Below are positions 12,201-24,819 of a stretch of 64,000 bases of DNA, piece after piece. This DNA is from Haliotis rubra. Taxonomy: Eukaryota. Within the stretch, counting starts at the first letter, position 1, and each line of letters starts with the position of its first letter. The translations under genes were made by a program, and so were the position numbers. The stretch spans positions 1 to 64,000 of the forward strand of contig NW_025767052.1 of assembly GCF_003918875.1 (NCBI RefSeq). The letters run 5' to 3'. The notes beneath the pieces were generated by a model. The model searched no databases. It was not told where the DNA came from and saw only the letters and a program-made list of their open reading frames with translations.

Positions 12201-12549
12201 CACACATTGCAACTCTCCTAACAAACAGCATATAAACAAATCAACTGTAGACGCCAGACACTGCGACTATCAGCTGTTTTCAGTCTGTCGTATCAAGAGT
12301 GTATGTGTGTAGAAGTGGTATCTTAAAGGATATGAAAATAGAAGCAACAAAACTCTTTCCACGTCCATAGGAAATCTCGATTGTACAATTGTGATGAAAT
12401 CATGAATATATATTTGTTTCAGCAGCATTACAGCTGTATGATGTTGTTTGTAAACAAATCGAGTCTGAACCGGACATTCCAGTGATTGTCACCATGTGAT
12501 ACGATGACAGAGCATGTGTTAATGAATCACTATGAAATAGTGATGATAC

Positions 12550-13920
12550 CAGGTGTTCGCGAAAAGGTAACCGTATCCTGCCCCACCGGTGGCACCCGTC
12601 ATAAACATATGCAAAGTCTAGTCAATTGTTCACCTGAAATAATTCGGGAACGTATGGTATAAGTCAAAACAGGGAATTGCATCGGACATAAGTCAAAACA
12701 GGGAATTGCATCGGACATGATTTTTGTCACTGATGAGCCAAATTTGGAATTTCCTCCACATGTCTTCCATAAAGCGTTTTGAAAGCTTTACTGAGGCCTT
12801 GGATATGGAAACGGTACGCTCTTACCACGGTACAGTACGTATTGCGGTACAAGATCTTCGGTTCGGTATATGAGATAAGATCATAATTCAAAAATGGACA
12901 ATACGAGCTAAACCTTACATTGTTTAATGACAGGGAAATAATAATCATAATCTTTGCTATTTTGAATGAACAAAACTGTCATTTCATGACTAGATTGAAA
13001 AAGTAATAAGTCCGATAATATTGTAAACAGTGTTTTTTTTAATGAAATTGGGATTAAATGTAATCAAATAAAAAGAGATCGAGGAAGTTTTATTATGAGT
13101 TTTTACATCATACGTTTTCGGATGGCATGTTTACTCGCGCTATATGGCGCTGTGTGTTGCATCAGAGCAAACATGGTGAGTACTCGGCTGATGGTATGTC
13201 TTTATGATAAAGTTGTCTTTTATAAGTTATTACGATGTTCGTCTGATTTGAAATAACTGAAAAAGAATCAGAACCCAGCTACTGATCTGGTATCTGCAGT
13301 TGCTGTCTTGCTGACTTTGTAAGTTGACGACTTGAGGCGATCTCGACCTTACTTCCAGGAAAACAGCGGTCGTCCAGCAAAGAAATGCACAGGTTTTGAT
13401 GAAATGATTCGATTTCAAGACGTTTTGGAAAAGGTTCAAAAAGGTGAATAAAATGACGGTACGAAAACCGAAAATACCGAATTTTAGGATTGCATTACGG
13501 TATTCCTAACCGAAGGCAAAATACCGCGGTTCAACTAATACCGCGGTTCAACTAATACCGCGGTTCAACTAATACCGCGGTATACCGTTTGACCCCTACT
13601 AATCAAGAAATTTCTGAGCAAGAGTGGCATGACGCCTTTTGAATTCCTGATAAAAATAGCACGCTAGATTGTACCTCAGAGCTGTTGGAATATTGCCCAA
13701 CATGAAAGGAAGATGACTAATGGAAAGTTGAAATCAACCCTTTTGTCATTCAGCTTTGTGGAGAAATGTGTCACTGAATCTTTATGTATAGATCTAAATA
13801 TGAAACAGTTGAGGCGGTCTCACTTGTCTTCTTAATGTCAAGATCAGGTCGGTAAATCAGTGGAATGCAATTGGCTATTTGCAGGTCACTTAAAATCCAA
13901 AGCGTTAGCATTCATCAGAC
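12550..13920 (-). mobile_element. Degenerate Penelope-like 3' fragment, interrupted by an unrelated insert at about 12950-13597
   Basis: Minus strand gives SYLDL...STKLNDKRVDFNFP...NIP (13600-13900) and LSKAFKTLYGRH (12760-12800). 13780-13880 is similar to 10020-10130. The insert has tandem aataccgcggttcaact repeats. Confidence 0.45.
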
Positions 13921-16380
13921 AATTATTAGTCAATTAACGTGTGCTTTTTCCTTTCCATAAAATTTGAGACGTAAAGATCATAGAAATAATAAATAACAAC
14001 AGAACAAGAAAACATGAATAGACGTAGAATAGTATATGTAACTAAAGGTTTAGGTGACAATTGACCGCTGTCGGTAGTCTCTATGAGAGGGTGTATACAA
14101 GCATCGTCTTGAAGGAGTAAACATTTATACACGGTGAACTCCTAGCTACAAACATCTCAACAAACCCCTTTCCATAAAATAGACCATCCAGAATACCTAC
14201 CAATTATTGCGATGTTGATGCTAATATCACTTTTATTAGACACAGTAACGAATTCAAAGTATTCGTAGAAAGGCATACAATGTCCATGTGAAAGTGTTGA
14301 AATCAGACACTACACAATTAGCTTCCCAAAATGACCTATTCTAGGGCGTAATCTGACCTTATGATGCAGCTGTAAGGGACTAATATTTTCATTGGCTGAT
14401 ATGTAGGCTTGTTGGCCATGGTATGTAATACCGAGCCGACCTGACATAGACAGATGATGCTATGAAGAAGATCCCAGGCAGACTGGGCGCCGGCCCAATC
14501 GTTGAAGTTCAACATCGTGTCAAACAGGATGAACCCGTTTAAACCCAGTGAGGGGATTCCCCAAGTGCTGAATTTTTTTGCGAATGATGGTGGCGATTTT
14601 GTAACTTGAAGCATAAACAATACACATACTATAAATGTTAACACAATAACAACACAACACGGACATGCTATAAATGTTAACACAATAACAACACAACACA
14701 ACACAACATGCTAACAGGTTATAATACAGGCCACACAAAGCCAAGGAGGCTATACAAGAGAGTCAGTCACCTTACACAGGCGACAGTGATTGACAGCAAG
14801 GTACATACTGCGTCGCAGTACTGCGACCATGAAATGTACGTGTAATACGCCACACGCTACTTACAGTATAATGAATGTCCGCTAAGATCCTATTCTGTCC
14901 ACCCCTTGCTGCTGTGTACACGTCTACCGTCAGTGTCCAACACGGCACGCATGTGATGGCTTTGTGTGACGCTTGACCTGCCACCGATAACCTACCTCGG
15001 CTAAACCTGCATTCAGTCTCTTACGTTCTATATGAATTCAAATAAAGATTCCTCGGTAATATAAATAAGTTGTCCCTATGAAAGACTGGCGTTCTTAGAC
15101 TGTCCTCTTACCTAGACGTGTCTATTATAAATGGATTGAATCACAACACTTCCCTGGACTTAACATCCAGTGCAGCCTTGCAGCAAGGCTATATCTGGGT
15201 CTCCTGCCTTCGACGGTTGTGTCTGAGCCGCTGAGTGGAGGAGGGGACGGTATAGACAACTTTTAGAGGATATTACACACATAGCCTGTCAACAAAAGTA
15301 ACCGGCATGTGTGTCATGTCTAGCCTGTTTTTATCGATGGCACGGTGACATTTGACCTTTAGTTACCAGCTTCTTCCGGGAGTACCTCAATAAGAGAAAT
15401 TGTGAGAGAATGTTTTAGTTGTGTCCCTCGAATTTTTGCAGACGTCCCCCTTCCGTGTTTACAAGGTAGAGTGTCAGGATGCCATAGCGGATAGAACCAC
15501 TATGACCTCATATTGAGATACCAGCTTATTGAGTTTTAACTGTGATGTTTAAACTGTGAATGTCTGAAAGTAGTCTGTCTCACAGGCCCTGAACAACATT
15601 ATTTCCCCAACTGCCTAGCCCTCCTTGCAATAAATGAAGCAAGTTTAGATTTCCTCAGGTTCTGAATTTCACATCTCACTAGAGCTCCTTTTCAGTTTAA
15701 ATCGATTTATTTGTTACTATTTACATTATATATATTCACAGACTAAGCTTTAGTCTAGTCTGAGAGAGGAGACATTGAATACACAATATCAAGAGAAAAA
15801 CCGTCTAATATTGTCACGTAGACATAACCCCATAATATACTCAGCAGCAAAAAACCGTCAGTACGAATTCAAAATTAGATAGGCACTGTAATCACATCAC
15901 TACAGAAATAGACATAATAAGCCGATCGAAAACATTTTGTGTACAATATCTTGACACATCAATGAATAACTCAGCACAATTCCAAGACATTACGTGAACG
16001 TTTGCAGTCTTGACTTCAGTATCTAGACTCTTGACTTCAGTATCTAGTGTGATCACCACGAGCGGCAATAACTGCAGCACAGCATCTATGCATGGAGTGC
16101 ACCAATCGATTGATGAATGCCATTGGCCATTTGCCTGGAACCACACTCTGAGAAAGGCCTGGCGCAATAAATCGGTTGTGTTCAGCCTTGGTATGACATT
16201 ATTCAGTCTCCTCTGAATTTCATCCCAAAGATGTTCAACTGGGTTTAAATCAGGACTAAGGGCTGGCCACTGCACAATGTTGACACCGTTCTGCTGTAGG
16301 AAGTCCCGTGTAGCTCTGGCAGTATGGGCTCGGGCGTTATCATGCTGGAAAATATTGTTCTGGTGACGTGCGAAATGTAG

Positions 16381-19300
16381 TAGATAGATAGATAGATAAT
16401 CTTTATTTCCTCCGAAGTCGAAGATACAGCAGGTTGTTACATAGGTTACATACAGACACCAGTGCTAACACATGATTTCATTGGTGTGTGCATAGTGTAT
16501 ATAAGTCGCCACAGTTTACCTCGAATTCCGAAATTGTAAAGCTTATAGAAAAGTCCATTCAACTAAGCTCTGTCAAATGCTTTCTCATTATCAAGGAAGG
16601 CACAATAAACTGGTGAATTTCTTTCGACATAGTAGGCAATACTTTCAGTTAGAGTAAGCGCTGCCGTTTCCGCCCCCGCACCCTTCCTAAATCCAAACTG
16701 GAGAGGGTGGGGGGAAGTCGTTTTCAGCTTTTGTCCATGTTTCAATTCTTTTGAGCAGTAATCTTTCAAAAAAGTTTTGAGAGAACAGGCGTAAGAGTGA
16801 TACCTCTATAATTACATGGATCATGCTTGCTCTTACCATTTCCTTTGTGAATTGGTAAAACATTACCAACACTAAATGCATTTGGTACATACTCAAACGA
16901 TACAATGGCATTAAATAGTGATACAATATGGTCAATAACAGACCGACCAGCATACTTTACATGCTCGTTTGAAATACCATCTGGGCCTGGAGATTTGTTG
17001 TTTTTAAGACGTTTCACGGTATCAAGTACGTCATCTTTAGTAATCGGGGAGAGAATGACTGAATCACTGTCGTCATTTACAGGGTTATATACAACATCTT
17101 CTACAAACTTATCAACGTGGTCTGTAAATCCAGTATCAAAGCATTCTGCATTCTGAGGTACAGACAAGTCTCTGAAGTACCTGGCAAAGAGATTACATAC
17201 ACCTTCCCGCGTGTTACAGGAGTCACCGTTATAACTTAGAGACTGTGTTTGTTCTTACGTTTTAACTTTTTTGTAACTCTAAAGTATTCTTAAATGTCTA
17301 CCTCAGCTGCTTGGTAAATTTCATCAAATGTTTCATTTCTGTAACGTTGCTTAGCTGAACGGTGGTTTCTTCGAAATGCACGTTTGGCTTGTTTATATTC
17401 AATAAAAAAATTGTCATCTGAGCTGTGGCTTTTGCCGTTAGAAATCCAATTTTTGCGGCAATTACGCATATGGTCATGATGTTCTTTAAGTTCCTACTTC
17501 CTCCAGTATGGCTTTAATTGTGCTTGGAATTTTGAAGTAAGAATTGCAAGTAAAGTTGCAGCATGTAGACATTCTGTGATATAACTATTGTGATACTCGA
17601 TGTATTCACCAGGAGCTTAAAAATGGGATTCATCAAACTGTACATTTCTAAAGTAATTTTCGGTTTCATACCGAAACAGCCTAAAGTCAGAACAATTTGC
17701 CTTCCGCCAGTTGGGTCGTTCACCTTGATAACTGACATTACCAGCGTCCATATTTAAACATACAAAGACAGGGCTGTGATCAGACACAGAATATGGGACG
17801 CTTATATCTACGTAATAGCCTACAACACTACTGCGAAGTTCAAGGTCTATGAACACATAGTCAATCATACTTCTAACAGTGCTGCATTTACTCCTAAACG
17901 TGTATGTACAGCTGTTATCTAGTGGTACAATTGAAATAAGGTTCCGCGCTGCGAGAGCGCGTGCTAGAGTCTTTGCCCTACCTTTTAAGGGATCACGTAC
18001 ACATATATTGGCATTAAAATCACCGAGTAAGATAGTTGTACAAAGTTGAGAGCATTCGTCATACACGTCTAGCATATCATACATGACATCAAAGTACACA
18101 CTGTCTAGGACGTTTGATGACGGTAGACGGACACCAATAACGTAGAGCGGTGCACCGTTTCTGATTAATTTGGCACCAATGATATGGTTGCTTACATCTA
18201 TATCTATACTAGCTATACTCTGAAACGTACTCTTTCTCACAAACAGAGCAACACCGCCTGCACCTCGTTGTTCTACATGGAATTTAGTAAACATCTTAAA
18301 GTCATTATGTAGAGTCTCAAGGACATGACACTGAGATGGGTCTAGCCAATGTTCATTCACAGACATGACGACAGTGCTATCTAGCTTGACTTCAATATCA
18401 GCTAAACAGTTCTGAGCTCCACGAACATTCCAAGTGACAATGGGAAGCACCATTGCAATAAGGCACCAGTGAAGAATATGCATGGTTGTTGAGGTCATGA
18501 ACGTGTATGTTCGTTGTACCAAGCGTTTCGAGGAATCCATTCGCGGCACAAGACATTTTCAGGCCAGAAGTCATCATGGAGATTATGCATAGTGTGTCTC
18601 GATACAGCGATTCTTATCGTGTATGTGGCGTTACGTCCAGTGTCCCAGTGCTTCAATAATGTTGCATTTGTGGCAACATCCCGTGACTTGGCATAGTTAA
18701 TAATACAACTTCAAACGGTTTATCAGCAAGCACGTAACTGAGTACATACCGTTTATTACGCGTCCTTGATACTCTACTGAATGACCTTGACCACTCGTTA
18801 TCGAAGGTCACCTTCCTATTGATGTTAGTGCGTTGGTCATGAGGGTGGGTAACATCAGCACTATCATGGTTAATATCCTCGTCGGTAGTGTTCTGTCCCA
18901 CGTTGTCGTCCATGATGATGACGTCAGCACTTCGGTTGTCTTCCATTCTGCTCTTGCAAGGGTAGTTTATCTCCTCGCTTGGTTGTTGTCGACACGGCTG
19001 TTGACTCTGAATAGTAGCAATTTGACCACCGGCTGGAGGGGTATCCTGAACGTCCCTCTTGACAGCCTCTGAATACATGAGCTTGTTGCGTGTATTCATC
19101 AGGTCAGTCTTACCGTCGAGAGAGCGTACGCTATTGTCAACAGATATGATTGATGGGCTTATGCCGTCTTTGTACTGACTGAGTTCAGTGTCTTTACTTT
19201 GAGTTCATTACTAAGCATAACAATCTCGGTTTTGAGATTCTTTTCATTGACACGAAGTTTCAATAACTGCATTGTTTTCACATATTTTATCCTTAATTTG

Positions 19301-21257
19301 ATATTGCTCAAATAGGTTAAGCATGTCATTGCTATACATGGCTTGAAAGACGTCGATCATTTTATACACATCTTGAAATTTTCTACAATATAGAACAAGT
19401 TTTATGGATAACAACTTCTTTATTTCGTGAGTGCGACGTTTCGATACAGATTCTTGTACCGTTGTCAAGCAGGAGTGATACATGAAGTGGTGGAGCTGCA
19501 TATTTATGCTGTGTATAACAATGAAACAACATAATAGACAAAGGAAACAACATAATTGCCATAATTGGCTAAGCGGTAAGCTGGTGAAGCCAGTGAGTAC
19601 ACAACGGAAAGTGAATGGAAGCCAGAGATGTATAAATACAGGAGTAGTTACAATGAGATGTTTATGCAATAGGTGCGATGTTTTATACAATGGATTGGGC
19701 TTGGTGGAGGAGTGGATCATAAGCTGATGGAATGAAGTATCCTTGGTCACGGTTGATGGTGGGCTTATGGCGTTTGATGTGAATGGCTTCGGTGAGCTTG
19801 CGTTTAGTGAAGTCCGTTTGGTTGTTGGCGAGAATGGTGATGTCGGACCACTCTATTAGATGATTGGGGTTTTCTTTGATGTGTTCAGAGATGGCTGATT
19901 TGGCGTCGGAATTGGAAACCGAGGTGCGATGTTCTTTGACTCGGGCGTTGATGGGTCGGGATGTTTCACCTATGTAGCTTTGTCCACAATCACAGTTAAT
20001 TTATAAATAACACATTTCGGGTTGTTGTTGTTGACGGTGGGTTGTTTTCTTCCGTTGGCATGGAGGAGGTTGTTGAGGCTGGATGACGCTGAGAAGGTTG
20101 TGTCTATGCCTGCCTGTTGTTTCAGGAGTCGGCTGATTTGGTGTGATGGTTTACCAATGTAGGGAATGGATATCTTGATGGGGGCTGATTCTGGTTTAGA
20201 TCTTTTGGCAGGAGGTGAAAGCGTTGCTTCGGTGGTTTTGTTGACTATTTCAGGTGGGTAGTGGTTGCGTTCTACAAAGACTTTCCTCAGGTGTTCAATT
20301 TTTTCTTGTAGGTTTGTTGAGCAGATGTTTTTGGCTCTTCTGGTCAATGTAGAGATGATGCCGGTCTTGACTTTAGGGGGTGGTTGGTAGTATTGATCCG
20401 TAAGGGTTTTCTGTACACTGAGGTCTGGAGTTGGTTGCAGGAGGTGCGGGATACAAGGACATCAAGGAAAGGTAGTTGGTTGTTCTGCTCTGTTTCAATA
20501 GTGATTTGATGCGGGGATGTTGGCTGTTGAGATGGGCGAGGAGCTGCTTTGGATCTTGCTGAGGTTGGAGGATGACGAAGGTGTCATCCACTTTGCGGTA
20601 CCAGCAGGACGGTTTGAAGGGTGCCGTTTCTGGGGCCTTATCTTCCAGGTCGGTCATGTAAATTTCTGTTAGGACCATTGGAAACAGAGCAGAACAACCA
20701 ACTACCTTTCCTTGATGTCCTTGTATATATGCAGTATCCAGTATAAATATGCAGCTCCCACACTTCTGGTATCACTCCTGCTTGACAACGGTACAAGAAT
20801 CTGTATCGAAACGTCGCACTCACGAAATAAAGAAGTTGTTATCCATAAAACTTGTTCTATATTGTACGTCTCTACTTCTAAAATGCCACTCAAACAAGTT
20901 GAAATTTTCTGCTCTTGTCTTCATGCATAAATAGCATCTTTGAAGGCAAATTTGACATCATATCCCTTTCATCGTCTTTGCACTCGCTTTGCCCCTGTTT
21001 AACCTGGGGCGGTTTACCTTTGCTTAATACATCTGATTGAATCACATGTGCAGGTACAACAATAGGTACACATCAGATGCATATATTTCAATAACAGTCT
21101 TCACTTGTCCCAATAGGCTTACACATCAGACGCATATTTTTCAATAACAGTCTTTCAGACTTGTCCCAGTCTCTTAAGAATTAACTCGCTTAATGAGAAC
21201 ACCTTCTGGAAAGTCTTGACAATCTGACTTCCCTATATCATACATACACACTGATTC
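16381..21257 (-). mobile_element. Non-LTR retrotransposon (APE + RT), internally deleted, inserted in the Tc1
   Basis: APE motifs TWNVRG, NEHWL, GGVALFV, LGDFNA, IDYVF, SDHSPV (18460-17620). RT motifs KSPGPDGI, NYRGITL, QFGFRKG, FLDNEKAFD. 3' aataaa plus (atct)n tail at 16381-16410. ORF1-like region at 18650-21000. Confidence 0.85.
19385..20898 (-). mobile_element. Penelope-like element (RT + GIY-YIG) with an inverted pLTR copy, nested in the LINE
   Basis: WYRKVDDTF RT motif; VIYK...SYIGETSR...RVKEH...EAIHI...INRDQG GIY-YIG. 19385-19505 is the reverse complement of about 20745-20866. 12-bp TSD ttgaaattttct at 19373-19384 and 20899-20910. Confidence 0.9.
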
Positions 21258-24089
21258 TTGGTCGATGTAGCGCACCGCTGTGATGCCGCCTACTCTCCCT
21301 GGAACCAAGGTTCTGGAACACTACAGGACCCACTCTCTGGTTCAGGCCTATTCCACCCCATACCATGATGCTTGCACCTCCCCATGAGTCTCACATTGGT
21401 CTGAGTAACGCTGGCCACGTCGTCGCCATATTTTTGTTCTGCCATCTGTAGTTGATACGCAGTACCGACTCTCATCTGTGAACAGAACAGTTCTCCATTG
21501 CCTGTATCGCCAGTTTTGGTGTTGTAGGGCAAACTGTAGACGTTCACGCCGATGACGAGGGGTGCGGATAGGTCAACGGTAAGGTCTACGGCAACGGAGG
21601 TTCCCGCTGTTAAGACGTCGGCGTACTGTATCAGTACTGTTTGGTCTTCCGTGTGTTCCCCCACTGTCTGTCGTGCTGTTTGGATGCCTGCATGAAGGGA
21701 TTCTGTACATGCTGTCGCACAACATGGCGGTCTTGTCGTCTTGTGGTCACCCTTGGTCTGCCAGTACGGGGGCGATCATTTGTGGTGTTGGTGGCCCGGA
21801 AACGTTGCTGCAGCCTGTAGATGGTCCGAACGTTGACCTGGAAGTGATTGGCAACGGCTTGTGTAGTGTGGCCAGCTTCAAGTCTTCCTAGCGCCTGGTT
21901 CCTCTGAGCTGTCGTGAGTCGCGGCATCCTGCTGACGTTGTAATGTGAATGTTTCAACCAGGTTTGGGGGTGCATTTTATAGGGCTGGTCCTTGTGAACA
22001 GCACGTGCAGCATGAGTTGCATGTAAAACATGGAGAACACCGTACCATCTCCGAGATCAGGTTGCGTTTTTGAGACCATTTCCTGGGTTCCATTCTGAGT
22101 TTGGGAAGGAATGTCTTTGCTCAGGTAAAGTTGGAGATGTTGTCAAAACTATACAATCAAAACATTTAATGAGTTTACAGTTATCCGTTCTGCGAAGGAA
22201 AATTCCAAACTGACGTTTCTTTTGCTGCTTAGTATAGTACAAAACTAGTTATTCTTTCAGCAACAATGCGCCCAGATACGGCCCAAATACCATTCCGTCC
22301 TCACTAATGGACCTATGGATGGTGGCAAAGTTGCCAGTTCTACAATCACTGGATCTAGACTTCATTCTACTGGATTATCACGGAGCCCTGTTATTGGTTC
22401 CCCTAATTGCTTCTGTAACCAAACTGTTCAAGCATCCTTCGCTTCTGACTGTCTTGTGTTTGCGCTTAGAGCATAGCCAAGTGTTGTGGAGTCAAGCGCA
22501 TTACAAATTATCTATGTTATATCATTATCCTTGATGTATGTTGAAACATATATAAAACATTGCTGGCAACACAGGAGCTGTTTCCGTTCCATCAGCGCTC
22601 TTTCCAGTCCTTGTATGTAATTGATACAATACACTTATACTCAAGTAGATATAAATAGTTGTGTAGCCCTTGTGATATGGCACAATTTACTTGACCGCGG
22701 AGACGTTTTATCAAAGGGAAAGTTTTTATCATTGAACTTATGCACATTATCAAAACTTTAAGACAGTTTCAATGGTAGGGAACTCGGTCACAGTGAGAGT
22801 CTTTGTGATTTTTGCGACGGAAACTTTGCGATATGTCACAGAGTCTTTGTGATTTTAGCATCAGCAAGGGAAGGGTAAGATTCGATAAATAGCCTGTATG
22901 CCTACAAAATCAATATTACAAGACAGTTGAATTCACATTTACTTACATCAGGTTTCCGTCAATAACAAGTAAATATATATACATATATATATGTTGTTCA
23001 GAAAGCTACTGATGACCATGTAAAACCATTAATTGTCACGAAATTAATGCTTTTGATAAATAATCGGTATTGTGACAAATGACCCCAAAAAAGAAGTGTA
23101 AAAATAATACAAAATGTTCCGATTAGTGTTTATCCCCTTTCATCACAAAGCATGTGCTGTTTTATCAGCGAAACAAAACATACATATCAATTTCCATGAA
23201 TTGGTCTAATGTCACAGGAACTTTGCGCTTACGAAACTGATGTAACGGAAAATTCATGGTATGATTCGTCAATGAATCGGATTTGGATGTGTCTGTGATA
23301 ATGTGTTAACCAACATTCATTCATCTCATTGCCGTGGACGTTCGCCATTGACGACCTTGGCCTTGGTAGCTTTCAAACAACGTAGATGTCGTAGATTCGG
23401 CATATCTATACTTTCCAAGGCCAAGAAGATTAAACATGAAGCAGCATACTACAGAAAACACCTGAAGAAGGGAATAATATTGTGAAACTATATATTTTTG
23501 AGATATGATAGTAAGAGTGAGGTTAGACATAGATATCCCAGGATTATTAAAACACATCTATCTTTTGCAATTATTTTTCAATTTTGTATTCATTTCAGAA
23601 GGTTGTTACAATCTCCCATAGTCTGGCAAATTACACATGCATTGCCAGGGACGTTTACTATAGGACAATGGAGTACAAATGGAGTTAATACATCTGATGT
23701 GGGTACAGGAAGTAGTAATATTTCTGGCTTATGAGAGAGGCATTGTTTGCCCTGTGAATGAAGATAAATACACAGGTATGTTTGACAAGCTACCTTTGTT
23801 CCAGTTACTTACCACCTGTATAGGAACATCGACTCTAACAGATGTTAAACTATTGAACATGATATTAATAAAATACCCCATGATAGGGCAGATTCTAACA
23901 TGGGTTACCTGAACTGTAGGGCAGGTGTCATACTTTGAAAATAAACTAATTTACACAGTTCACTGATACTCCATCTGCACGTGCAGCCAGAGTCGTTAAG
24001 TGCCACGGACAACGCATGCGTAAACCTGTTCCCGTCAACATGACAGCGTGTTTGGGATGTTGTAATGACAGGGATGGAGATGGGAGATG

Positions 24090-24218
24090 TTCTGATTGCG
24101 TAGATTGATGCTCATGCTGTTGATCACTGGATTAACTGGTCCAGACTCGATTATTTACAGACTGCCGCCATATACCTGGAATATTGCTGAGTGCGGCGTA
24201 AAACTAAACTCACTCACT
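24090..24218 (+). mobile_element. SINE 3' fragment
   Basis: Ends in ggaatattgctgagtgcggcgtaaaactaaactcactcact, like the other SINE copies. Confidence 0.7.
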
Positions 24219-24819
24219 ACAAGGAGCCTAAATAAATGATTTTTCCAATTTTAAGAAAAAGATTGGTATGTGTTTTCATTAAAAATAGGTGTTATATATC
24301 CAGTTTATGTGAATCAGTTTCAGGTTTTTCATGTAGATTTCATTCTCTCTTTTAAATGTAGCTGAGATTTCAAATCAGATAAATAAAATACCAGTTATAC
24401 TATAGATATTTGCTAGGGTTCACTCAATTCTGCTCCGCATAATAATATGTAGTTACCAGTTAAAGTTAAGAGAGAACAGGCTTATCCTTCAATCACCTTT
24501 TGAAATTGTTTTGAAATTAATAGCATAGAAAATATAAATGGTATCATATTTTCCCAAGCTATCATTCTGGCATATGTTTTTTCAAGTTCTGTTAAATCTT
24601 GATGCATAATGTCCCATTAATCACCAGTGTGCGTAGTCTTACACGCCCGCAATGCATATAATTTTATGGGCTAATTAAGGGAGCTGAATCACCTCTTTTA
24701 ATTGTAGCTTTCAGTTGTCTTTTTAATCCTTTATCTATTAGGCTAACTATAGCCTCATCTAGTTAGAGTTTTATAAAAGATAGGACCTTTCCTTTCCATT
24801 CTGCTGCTTCAATATAAAA

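Larger units (their letters stand above)
15838..22234 (-). mobile_element. Tc1/mariner DNA transposon split by a nested LINE
   Basis: TIRs tactcagcagcaaaaaaccgtcagt / actgacgtttctttttgctgcttagta in TA context. Transposase N-terminus MPRLTTAQRNQALGRLEAG (21927-21631) and C-terminus QHDNARAH...WPALSPDLNPVEHLWD (16380-16040). Confidence 0.85.

Noticed and set aside
14130-15250. Possible DIRS or other retroelement remnant
   Set aside because: No motif could be recognised with confidence.
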